Shown here one piece after another: positions 30,858-39,088 of a DNA stretch of 64,000 nucleotides. The translations under genes were made by a program, and so were the position numbers. The notes below the pieces were generated by a model. It saw only the letters and a program-made list of their open reading frames with translations, was not told the DNA's origin and did no database searches. The stretch comes from Bacillales bacterium (lineage in GTDB: Bacteria; Bacillota_I; Bacilli_A; RF39; UBA660), in contig JAEEKZ010000007.1 of NCBI GenBank assembly GCA_016288635.1, positions 12,649 through 76,648 on the forward strand, read 5' to 3'. Position 1 is the stretch's first letter. The number at the start of each line of letters is the position of its first letter.

Positions 30858-31589
30858 TTATCTATTCTTATTAGCTGCTTTTGCGCTTACTATCATTCCG
30901 ATTGCAATTACTAGTACGAAGCCCACCGCAATAGAACTTCCAATCAGTGTATTTTTAATTTGTTCGTCTCTTGGTATTTCTGGTTTTGGTGGTAATTCAG
31001 GCTTTTCCTCTATTTCTGGTTTTGGATCTTCCTCAACAGGAACTGGTTCTTCAATTGGGTCTTCTGTTGGTTCCTCCCCTTCACCATAGCTTATTTTACA
31101 ATTTACATTTGGAATATTGTCTTCCGTAAAAACCCAAACAAGATAATCACCAGATGTACTAAAATTATTACATTCTTTAATTTCTCCATCTGCTTTGATT
31201 TTTAATGTGAATTTATCGGCTTGTTCTAATTCTTCTTTGCAATCAAAATTTTCCATTTCGATTATATAATTCTGACTTTTTTTATCAGCTTCTATTTTAA
31301 TGTTTTTAAAACAATGTGCTGTAATACTATCTTTCGAAAATTCATCAATATTAAATGAGGCACTATATCTATATCCGTTTGATAATTTGTCTATTTTATA
31401 CTCCTCTTTTACCCCCACTAAATTTGCTAAAGCAATATATTCTTTTGTGAAGTCTTTGTCTTTTGTTTCTCCATCAAAGGTTAGTACTTCATTGACAGTT
31501 GCTTCATCTATTTCTAAAACTGATTCTGTTGTGCATCCGCATAACAATATTATTCCCATTAATATGATTACTAATTTTATATTTTTCAT
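30858..31589 (-). CDS. Lipoprotein with acidic/Pro-rich linker and C-terminal TM anchor (paralog A)
   Basis: Lipobox LLCGC after a signal peptide, EEPTEDPIEEPVPVEEDPKPEIEEKPELPPKPEIP linker, and a terminal TM plus KAANKNR. Confidence 0.7.
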   Translation of the reverse strand: MKNIKLVIILMGIILLCGCTTESVLEIDEATVNEVLTFDGETKDKDFTKEYIALANLVGVKEEYKIDKLSNGYRYSASFNIDEFSKDSITAHCFKNIKIEADKKSQNYIIEMENFDCKEELEQADKFTLKIKADGEIKECNNFSTSGDYLVWVFTEDNIPNVNCKISYGEGEEPTEDPIEEPVPVEEDPKPEIEEKPELPPKPEIPRDEQIKNTLIGSSIAVGFVLVIAIGMIVSAKAANKNR

Positions 31590-31610
31590 TTTTAATGTTC
31601 CTTTTGTTTA

Positions 31611-32351
31611 TTATTTATTTTTATTTGCTTTAAATATACTTATGAAGAAAGCAACAAGAACAATTAATACGAATCCTCCGACAATACCTGCAAGAAGTAG
31701 TAATTGTTGTTTTGATTTTTCTTCCATTTCTTTTTGTTTCTTTTCTTCTTCTATATTTACCCAATCGCCATCTTCTCTTTGATAGTATCCAGCATCTTCT
31801 GGGCCAGTTGCCTCTTCAGTGCTTTGTGGCTGTTCTTTATGACTAATTGTAAAATAAATGTATTGATCTTTATAATTGTCTTTTGTGAATGTCCAAATAA
31901 GTTCGCCATTATCTTCTACCGCTTTATTACTATTGATTATTATGCCATCTGTTTTGATTATAAAATCCAATTTATCGATTTGTTCTAATTCTTCTTCACA
32001 TCTAAAATTTCCAATCATAAAAGTATAGGCTTCGTTGTCTTCATCTTTTAATATTTTGGCATATCTAAAGCAGTTGTCTATAATACTATTTTCAGTTATT
32101 TTTGTATCATTTTGATATTCTTCAAATGAAAAAGATTTGGTAAATTTGTTTTCTTCTTCATTTATCTCATAGCCATAGTCTGATTCGAGTATATATTTAT
32201 ATAATTTAACATCATCTTTATTTGGTGTTTCGCCTTCAAATGATAGTGTTTCATTTATTGACGAATTATTTATTTCTAAAACCATTTTTGAATTACATCC
32301 GCATAATAGAAATATGCTGAATAATAGAATAATTATTTTGACTTTTTTCAT
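31611..32351 (-). CDS. Lipoprotein with C-terminal TM anchor (paralog B)
   Basis: The start was moved to MKKVKIIILLFSIFLLCGC (AAAGGA RBS). It aligns with paralog A (VLEI....NE.L.F.GET, F.CEEELEQ.DK). C-terminal TM plus KANKNK. Confidence 0.7.
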   Translation of the reverse strand: MKKVKIIILLFSIFLLCGCNSKMVLEINNSSINETLSFEGETPNKDDVKLYKYILESDYGYEINEEENKFTKSFSFEEYQNDTKITENSIIDNCFRYAKILKDEDNEAYTFMIGNFRCEEELEQIDKLDFIIKTDGIIINSNKAVEDNGELIWTFTKDNYKDQYIYFTISHKEQPQSTEEATGPEDAGYYQREDGDWVNIEEEKKQKEMEEKSKQQLLLLAGIVGGFVLIVLVAFFISIFKANKNK

Positions 32352-32379
32352 ATTTATTCCTTTCTTTTTTATTATGCTT

Positions 32380-34857
32380 TTATTTTGTAACCGCAATAGC
32401 TTTATTTGAAGGCTTTAGAACTGCATCTGCTGGTAATCCATCGTTTGATGATGAACCGTTTTTTCCAACAGAAGCGCCTGCAATTATTAATTTATCATCT
32501 GCTGTAATTCCTATAATTGTCACAAAATGTCCGTTGTTACTAAACACACAAAATCCTTTTCTTTGAAGTGAAGGATTCCCATTGCATGTTAACCCGTAAT
32601 ATTCACTATATGGATTTCCATTTTGCCTATCGCCACCAGCTATTACAACGTTACCGGCAGCAAGAGTCTTTCGTATTGCTGCTATTTTATCAGATGTAGA
32701 TGTTTTGTAATTTTGCCATAACCATCCCCCACTTTGCTTTAATCCTGCATGTTCTAAAATTTTTGTGACTGATGTCCATCCTGTTTGTTCATATGTTATT
32801 CTTGTATTAGACCATGAAGCAAGATTTTGCGGAGTATTTCCACTTGTTTTTCCAAGTTTTTTTGCTGAGTTTGCTACGGCAACTAGTGAGCAGCCTGATC
32901 CACAAATTGTTTCATCTTTTCCAGCTTTATATATTCTCCATTTTATATTTTTTATAGTATCTTGGCATGAAGACCAGTATCCGCTTGAACTCTGTGATCC
33001 TAATTTTCCGCTTGTAGATGTTGGTCCTGGTGATGGTGGATCTTCTCCAGGTGGGTCTTCTCCACCAGGTGGGTTGCATACTTCATTTCCTGGCTTTGTG
33101 CTGTTTAAATAATTTGAACACATATAATACCCATTATATTTTCCGCCAGTTATTTTTACCCATCCATCTGTACAGGCTGAACTAGATGAATCATGTAATG
33201 GAGTTTTACAAACTTCTATTTCAGTTCCACAATCTAATTCGGCAATTCTTTTGCCACTTGTAGCTGGTTGTTCACGAACTCTTACTTCTTTATTATTAGT
33301 ATATTTTTTTACGCTTTCAGTACATTCTTCTTCAGTATATTCTCCGAAAAAGTCTGCACATACATAACATCCTGGCCAATAAGCATCCTTATTATCCTCT
33401 ACTTTATACCATCCTTTTTGACATTCTCCAGATGTATCTGGTTCTAGTTTATTTTCTACTTTTATTATTTCTTTAAGATGCACTTTTCTTCCGCATATTT
33501 CTGTTTGGCTTACTTTCATTTCTTTTCTTACGTTTACTTTATCTTCAATGGCTTGAATTCTAACTATGTTATGTTCTGGGTCTTCTTCTCCTTGAGTACT
33601 ACATTCCATTAGATCTCTAGCGTCTTCTTTTCCGACTGCTACGGCGACATACATATATTTAACAACATCGTGTGCATCCATGCGCCATCCATTTGTTCCG
33701 CTTCTACTTACCATAGCATTTGCAACAGTAAAAGTGTTATCTTCATATGCTGCTACTATTGTAACATAGTGCCCAAAATTGGTAAAAGTACAAGTTCCTG
33801 TATTTTCTTCACAGCCATCATCTCCTCTTTTACCGCTTGCAATTACTGCATAACCACTTGCTAAAGCTTGTTTGACATATTGGATTTTTTCATCATCATC
33901 TTTAGCTGTTGGTGCTGATGTAAAATGTTTAGGGTCATTATTATCAAATAAAGGTACTTTTTTTAAATTATAATGATCAATCATTTCTTCTGTTTTATTC
34001 CAGTCTGCATTACCTTCGAATCTAGCTATATTGTAGGTCCAATCTGCTGTTCCTTTAACTGTTGCTTCAACTTCAAGCATATGACAGGCATTAACAACTG
34101 CTAATAATGAGCATCCTGAAACTTGAACGATTTCGTCTGCAGGATTTTCTGAATGTTTCCATAAAGTGTTTGCCCATGTATCATCGTGGTCGCTCTTTTT
34201 TTGAATTTCTAAATCAGTGAATGCATCAACATCTGTCCAACCGCATCCATTAGAACATTCACAATCATTAAATAATTCGTCCAAGTTTATTCCTTCGGTA
34301 TCTGCTTCACAATGTTCAAAAAATTTAACATCATCCTCACAAATATAACCATGTACTTCACCATGTTCATATATTGATCGCATTATGAATTCTCCAAGGA
34401 ATTTTTTATTCCAATATTTTTTTGCGTCTTCTTCGTCCACAGGGTAACTTACTCTGATATATGTTGGGCATAAATGATGTTCTTCTCTTATGTCGACAAA
34501 GGCTTCTTCCTCTTCTACTTGCTTTGGATCGTTTACATCATAATTGAAGCAAAAACCTTCTGGAACTCTTGCACAGCTATATTCATATATAGTGTTGAAA
34601 AGTGGGCTGCTTTGCCAAAAGCCAATATATTCATTATAAAATGGGCAAAATAATGTTTCTTTTTCTGTAATTACAGTACTCATATCCGGCTTTGTTTGAG
34701 GGGGGTCCGCCTTTTGTGATGGACTTAATCCAAAAATTAAAATCAATAATAAAGTTATTATTACTGTTATAATTATAACCCATAATAATATTTTTGCATC
34801 TGCTGCATTTAGTTTTGATGAATCTTTATTTTTTGATTCACTACTATTGCTACTCAT
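32380..34857 (-). CDS. Membrane-anchored Cys-rich protein with two Cys/His peptidase-like (C39-like/papain-fold) domains and two SH3b-like repeats
   Basis: N-terminal TM. The pairs SGCSLLAVVNA...FGHYVTIVAA and GSGCSLVAVANS...NGHFVTIIGI are each candidate Cys/His dyads. GWYKVED... and GWVKITGGKYNGYY are SH3b-like. Linker GGEDPPGEDPPSPGP. Confidence 0.6.
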   Translation of the reverse strand: MSSNSSESKNKDSSKLNAADAKILLWVIIITVIITLLLILIFGLSPSQKADPPQTKPDMSTVITEKETLFCPFYNEYIGFWQSSPLFNTIYEYSCARVPEGFCFNYDVNDPKQVEEEEAFVDIREEHHLCPTYIRVSYPVDEEDAKKYWNKKFLGEFIMRSIYEHGEVHGYICEDDVKFFEHCEADTEGINLDELFNDCECSNGCGWTDVDAFTDLEIQKKSDHDDTWANTLWKHSENPADEIVQVSGCSLLAVVNACHMLEVEATVKGTADWTYNIARFEGNADWNKTEEMIDHYNLKKVPLFDNNDPKHFTSAPTAKDDDEKIQYVKQALASGYAVIASGKRGDDGCEENTGTCTFTNFGHYVTIVAAYEDNTFTVANAMVSRSGTNGWRMDAHDVVKYMYVAVAVGKEDARDLMECSTQGEEDPEHNIVRIQAIEDKVNVRKEMKVSQTEICGRKVHLKEIIKVENKLEPDTSGECQKGWYKVEDNKDAYWPGCYVCADFFGEYTEEECTESVKKYTNNKEVRVREQPATSGKRIAELDCGTEIEVCKTPLHDSSSSACTDGWVKITGGKYNGYYMCSNYLNSTKPGNEVCNPPGGEDPPGEDPPSPGPTSTSGKLGSQSSSGYWSSCQDTIKNIKWRIYKAGKDETICGSGCSLVAVANSAKKLGKTSGNTPQNLASWSNTRITYEQTGWTSVTKILEHAGLKQSGGWLWQNYKTSTSDKIAAIRKTLAAGNVVIAGGDRQNGNPYSEYYGLTCNGNPSLQRKGFCVFSNNGHFVTIIGITADDKLIIAGASVGKNGSSSNDGLPADAVLKPSNKAIAVTK

Positions 34858-34916
34858 ATTTTCACATCCTACTTTTAAAGTATATCATTTTTTGATTTGT
34901 ATTGCATTAAAAAAAA

Positions 34917-35807
34917 TTATTCTTTTGGAATAATTTTTGATTTATTTTTCTTTCTTGTAAATATTCTATCTATAGCCCTACTTATAATGGAACAACTTAG
35001 TATTGAAATAAATGCTCCTTCATATGGGAATATACTATTTAGGAATATTGCTAAAAATACTAAGAAGATACAATAGAATATTTTGCCTATTCTTGTATAT
35101 GAAGAATGTTTAAAACTTGCTCCAAATATTATGAAGGCGGCAATTGTACCCGCAAAATTAATAAATATTGTTGAATCTTTTTCTATAAAATAAATTGTAA
35201 AAATGCATATTGAATATAATGATGTAGAAATAATTGCTATGCTTTTTTTATAATTTCCTGATAAACATAGTATTATAAATGTTATAAAAGCACATAATAA
35301 GCTTGTTGCAGACATTCCCCCGATACTTCTTCCCATTGCTAAGTCAACGAAGGAAAAGTCATATAAATGATTTGCTTCTTGAAGATTCCAATATGAATAA
35401 CTACCTATATAATATAGGGCTAATACAAGTATTAGTTTAATTAAACTACCTTTATTAAATTCTAATGGTATTAAATCTATAATTGGAATTAGAACTAATA
35501 ATGCAACAGAGTATTTCAATAAACTTGTTTCTGGAGGCATAAATATACCAATCGCGGTATAGTAAAATGCATCAATATTAAGTTTTAATTTTCTTTCTTT
35601 AATAAGTGAATATAGCATATATATAGCAAATGGTATTATGCAAAATAGTATTGGTCTAAATATTCCATAAAAAGGAACATATTTATTTAGATATAACAAT
35701 ACTCCATTTTTATATGTGCCATATAATACTAAAGGTATTAAACTTAATAAATATATTAGAGTAATTCGATTAATATTTTTTCTTGTATGATTAAATACTT
35801 TATTCAT
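34917..35807 (-). CDS. RnfD/NqrB-like polytopic membrane protein, cofactor motif not seen
   Basis: The N-terminal block NHTRKNINRITLIYLLSLIPL, the block GRSIGGMSATSLLCAF and the C-terminal block align with RnfD. No SGAT-type FMN-attachment motif was found. The start follows AAGGTGA. Confidence 0.6.
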   Translation of the reverse strand: MNKVFNHTRKNINRITLIYLLSLIPLVLYGTYKNGVLLYLNKYVPFYGIFRPILFCIIPFAIYMLYSLIKERKLKLNIDAFYYTAIGIFMPPETSLLKYSVALLVLIPIIDLIPLEFNKGSLIKLILVLALYYIGSYSYWNLQEANHLYDFSFVDLAMGRSIGGMSATSLLCAFITFIILCLSGNYKKSIAIISTSLYSICIFTIYFIEKDSTIFINFAGTIAAFIIFGASFKHSSYTRIGKIFYCIFLVFLAIFLNSIFPYEGAFISILSCSIISRAIDRIFTRKKNKSKIIPKE

Positions 35808-36948
35808 TTTTATCACCTTTTAAGTATTTTCTTAGGTTTATAAAACTTGGACATACATAACTGCATAAACCACAATCAATACATCTTTTGCTTGTTATTT
35901 TATGATCCATTAGTCTTTTAGGATCTATTCTCATTGGGCAAACTTCTAAGCATGCACCACAGTAAAGACATTTTTGTTCTTTAACCTCTTCTTTTTTCAT
36001 AATAAATAAAGCTTCAGTATTACCGTCGATTATTTCGTTAAATGAGGTTATTTTTGATCCGGTCATTAAACCGTTTTTAATAAATTGACTACCTGTTTCA
36101 TATTTAATTCCATTCATTAAATCTAATGCTAGTGAATATAATTTTATATCTTTTACTATTGGTGTACTAGTGTTATTACCTACAATAGTAACATATTTAG
36201 TATTAGGTTTTCTTTTATATTTCATTGCATAATAAATCTTGTATAAATCACTAGGTTTTACAACTAGAGTTCTATTCTTATCTAGTCCCATATGGGCACA
36301 TAGGAAATCTTTTCGTTCTAATAAATATAAGTCATCTAATAATTTAATTTGGATATTTGGATACATACCATTAAAGTCTATTAATGATGTTATGTTAGAT
36401 GAATCAACATTCTTAACAGTTATAAGAATTTTTGATGCTTTATAAACTTTACCTACTAAATCAAGTGTATCTAATATTTCAGCACTATTATTTATAAAGT
36501 AGAATGTTTCATTCATTATAAATGGCTCATCTACAAATAGATTTAAAATTAAAGTGTCAACTTTTCCTACAACAAATCTTTTAGATAATTGTTCATCATC
36601 AATATTGTTTAATAGTCTATTTAAATCATCTAGTTTTTTTATTTCACGAACATCAAATCTAACCTTTTTTTCTTTAAAGTTATTTTCTATTCTAATTGCT
36701 TTAATCTTCTTGTTATTATGATATAAACCTTCACATATAGATACAACTTTACCAGATATACTTGAATACAAATAAACATCGCCATTTGTAGCGACTTTTT
36801 GGCTCATAGAAACACTATCGCCAATATCCACTAAAGGTTTAAAATTTTTATGCAAAGGAATATATATATAATCTACATCATATAATTCTTTTTTTTCAGT
36901 TGGTACAACGATATCTTTTGGTTTGTCTATACGTATTAGTTTTTTCAT
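35800..36948 (-). CDS. RnfC-like protein (barrel N-domain, SLBB-like, 2x[4Fe-4S]) lacking a recognisable NADH/FMN loop
   Basis: IPLHKNFKPLVDIGDSVSMSQKVA...SISGKVVSI matches the RnfC_N pattern. LILNLFVDEPF replaces IINGAECEPY. CLYCGACLEVCP and CIDCGLCSYVCP are present. No GGAGFPT-type loop was seen. Confidence 0.6.
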   Translation of the reverse strand: MKKLIRIDKPKDIVVPTEKKELYDVDYIYIPLHKNFKPLVDIGDSVSMSQKVATNGDVYLYSSISGKVVSICEGLYHNNKKIKAIRIENNFKEKKVRFDVREIKKLDDLNRLLNNIDDEQLSKRFVVGKVDTLILNLFVDEPFIMNETFYFINNSAEILDTLDLVGKVYKASKILITVKNVDSSNITSLIDFNGMYPNIQIKLLDDLYLLERKDFLCAHMGLDKNRTLVVKPSDLYKIYYAMKYKRKPNTKYVTIVGNNTSTPIVKDIKLYSLALDLMNGIKYETGSQFIKNGLMTGSKITSFNEIIDGNTEALFIMKKEEVKEQKCLYCGACLEVCPMRIDPKRLMDHKITSKRCIDCGLCSYVCPSFINLRKYLKGDKNE

Positions 36949-36962
36949 AAATCATCAAATTA

Positions 36963-36991
36963 ATTGTATCAAAATATTACTTTTTTATCAA
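36963..36991 (-). promoter_or_regulatory. sigmaA-type promoter TTGATA-17-TACAAT for the rnfC-like operon
   Basis: On the minus strand, -35 at 36991-36986 and -10 at 36968-36963. Confidence 0.6.
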
Positions 36992-36993
36992 TT

Positions 36994-37017
36994 AAAAACC
37001 GGTTAAATAAACCGGTA
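36994..37017 (-). terminator. Intrinsic terminator of aspS
   Basis: ACCGGTT-tattt-AACCGGT followed by T5 on the minus strand. Confidence 0.75.
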
Positions 37018-37020
37018 TTT

Positions 37021-38772
37021 TTAATCTTCTTTCTTAATTATAAGTCCTAATTCTTTTAGTTGAATATCAGTAAGTTCACTTGGAGAACCCATCATTAAGT
37101 CTTGCCCACTTGCTGATGGTGGGAATGCTTGAACTTCTCTTAAGTTTGGTTCATCTTGAATTAACATAATTAATCTATCAATTCCAGGTGCCATTCCACC
37201 ATGTGGAGGACATCCATATTTAAATGATGTGAAGATTGATTTAAATCTTTGTTCTACTTCTTCCCTTCCATAACCCACTACTTCGAAGCCTTTTGCTAAA
37301 CTATCTAAGTCATGGTTTCTTATTGCACCACTAGCCATTTCGTTACCATTACATACAAAGTCAAATTGATAAGCTAGGATATCTTCTGTTTTCTTATTCT
37401 TATAATCATCAATTCCACCATGAGGTAAACTAAATGGATTATGACAGAAATCCCATTTATTTAGATATTCATCCCATTCAAACATTGGGAAGTCATTGAT
37501 TATGCATAGTTCTAGTCTATCTTTATCAATCATGTTCATATCTTCAGCAACTTTGATTCTTACTTGTCCTAATGCTGATTTTACAATTTTTTTGTTTCCA
37601 GAAATAATTAGAACTAAGTCATTATTTTCAATTTTTAATGTTTTCTTTAAGGCGATAAGTTCATCTTCTGTAACTACTTTAGCAATACTTCCAGTTATCT
37701 CTTCATTAAATTTTAAGTATGCTAAACCAGATGCTTTTTTAGATTTAGCAAAATCAGTTAAGTTATCTAAATCTTTACGAGAATATTTATCAGCACAATT
37801 CTTTGCAACAATTGCATTAATGATTCCATTTTGCTCTAGAACAGTTTTAAATACAACAAATTCACTGTTTTTGAATACATCAGTTACATCTGAAATAGTC
37901 ATATCATATCTTAAGTCTGGTTTATCTGTTCCATATAGATCAATTGCATCTCTATAAGCAATTCTTCTAAATGGTCTTGGAGATACCTTCTTATTTGAAA
38001 ATTTTGTAAATGTATCATAGAAGATTTCTTCACCAACATTAAGTATTTCATCTTCTTCAGCAAAAGACATTTCTAAGTCTAATTGATAGAATTCTAATGT
38101 ACGGTCCGCTCTAGCATCTTCATCTCTAAAGCATGGTGCTATTTGGAAATATTTTTCGAATCCACCTACCATAAGCAATTCTTTATAGATTTGAGGAGCT
38201 TGTGGTAAAGCATAGAACTTTCCTTTAAATAATCTTGATGGAACAACAAAGTCTCTTGCACCCTCTGGACTTGATGCTGTCAAAATTGGAGTTTGTACTT
38301 CAATGAATCCTAAATCATGCATTTTATTTCTTAAATAATTTAGAATTTCACTTCTTAAGAATAAGTTGTTTTTTAGTTTATTTCTTCTGATATCTAAATA
38401 TCTATATTTTAAACGAGTATCTTCTAAGGCATTAGTATTATCATCTATTGTAAATGGTAATTCATCACAAGTATTTAATACTTCTAATTCATCTACCTCT
38501 ATTTCGATATCTCCAGTAGCAATATTTTTATTTTTGCTTTCTCTTTCAGATACTTTACCAGTTACTTTTAAGACATATTCATTCTTTAAACCATTTGCTA
38601 CTTCATAGTATTTATTTTCAGGTCTAACAACAATTTGTACTATTCCGGATCTATCTCTTAGGTCAATAAATATTAAGCCACCTAAGTCTCTTTTCTTTTG
38701 TACCCATCCATACACTTCTACATTTTCACCGACATTTTTAATGTTTAATGAATTGTTCATAATTTTTTTCAT
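37021..38772 (-). CDS. aspS: Aspartyl-tRNA synthetase
   Basis: OB-fold N-terminus and class II motifs (FRDEDARADR, GGMAPGIDRL). 583 aa. Confidence 0.95.
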   Translation of the reverse strand: MKKIMNNSLNIKNVGENVEVYGWVQKKRDLGGLIFIDLRDRSGIVQIVVRPENKYYEVANGLKNEYVLKVTGKVSERESKNKNIATGDIEIEVDELEVLNTCDELPFTIDDNTNALEDTRLKYRYLDIRRNKLKNNLFLRSEILNYLRNKMHDLGFIEVQTPILTASSPEGARDFVVPSRLFKGKFYALPQAPQIYKELLMVGGFEKYFQIAPCFRDEDARADRTLEFYQLDLEMSFAEEDEILNVGEEIFYDTFTKFSNKKVSPRPFRRIAYRDAIDLYGTDKPDLRYDMTISDVTDVFKNSEFVVFKTVLEQNGIINAIVAKNCADKYSRKDLDNLTDFAKSKKASGLAYLKFNEEITGSIAKVVTEDELIALKKTLKIENNDLVLIISGNKKIVKSALGQVRIKVAEDMNMIDKDRLELCIINDFPMFEWDEYLNKWDFCHNPFSLPHGGIDDYKNKKTEDILAYQFDFVCNGNEMASGAIRNHDLDSLAKGFEVVGYGREEVEQRFKSIFTSFKYGCPPHGGMAPGIDRLIMLIQDEPNLREVQAFPPSASGQDLMMGSPSELTDIQLKELGLIIKKED

Positions 38773-38990
38773 AAAAATTCTCCTTTCAACAAAAAAGAAC
38801 TTACTAATTTAAGGACGGTTATTCCGCGGTGCCACCTTAATTCATAAATTCTTATGCTCTTTAAACTATAACGCCGTTAAGCGATTTACTATAATTTGCT
38901 ATCTTCATATTTAACTTATTTACTAGTTTTCACCAAACACTAGCTCTCTATAAAATAGTTAGATACTACTCCGTCAAATAAATAAATTAC
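38773..38990 (-). promoter_or_regulatory. T-box riboswitch leader of aspS (Asp specifier GAU tentative)
   Basis: On the minus strand: AGAGAG, then the hairpin CTAGT-gtttGGTGAAA-ACTAG, then GAAGAUAGC (GAU followed by A), then the T-box sequence AATTAAGGTGGCACCGCGG at 38842-38824. Confidence 0.85.
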
Positions 38991-38996
38991 AAGTTG

Positions 38997-39025
38997 ATTA
39001 TACACTTTAGCTTAAAATATTTCAA
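38997..39025 (-). promoter_or_regulatory. sigmaA-type promoter TTGAAA-17-TATAAT for the aspS leader
   Basis: On the minus strand, -35 at 39025-39020 and -10 at 39002-38997. Confidence 0.65.
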
Positions 39026-39088
39026 TAATAATATGCCTAAATGTTTGTAATAATTCTTTGATTAAGGTATAATATTTTTGTGATTTAA

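Noticed and set aside
30826-31089. An 87-aa plus-strand ORF with a Gly/Ser-rich tail, opposite lipoprotein A
   Set aside because: It is the antisense reading of the Glu/Pro-rich linker of the lipoprotein gene. There is no RBS, and the lipoprotein frame has a signal peptide, a lipobox and a paralog to support it.
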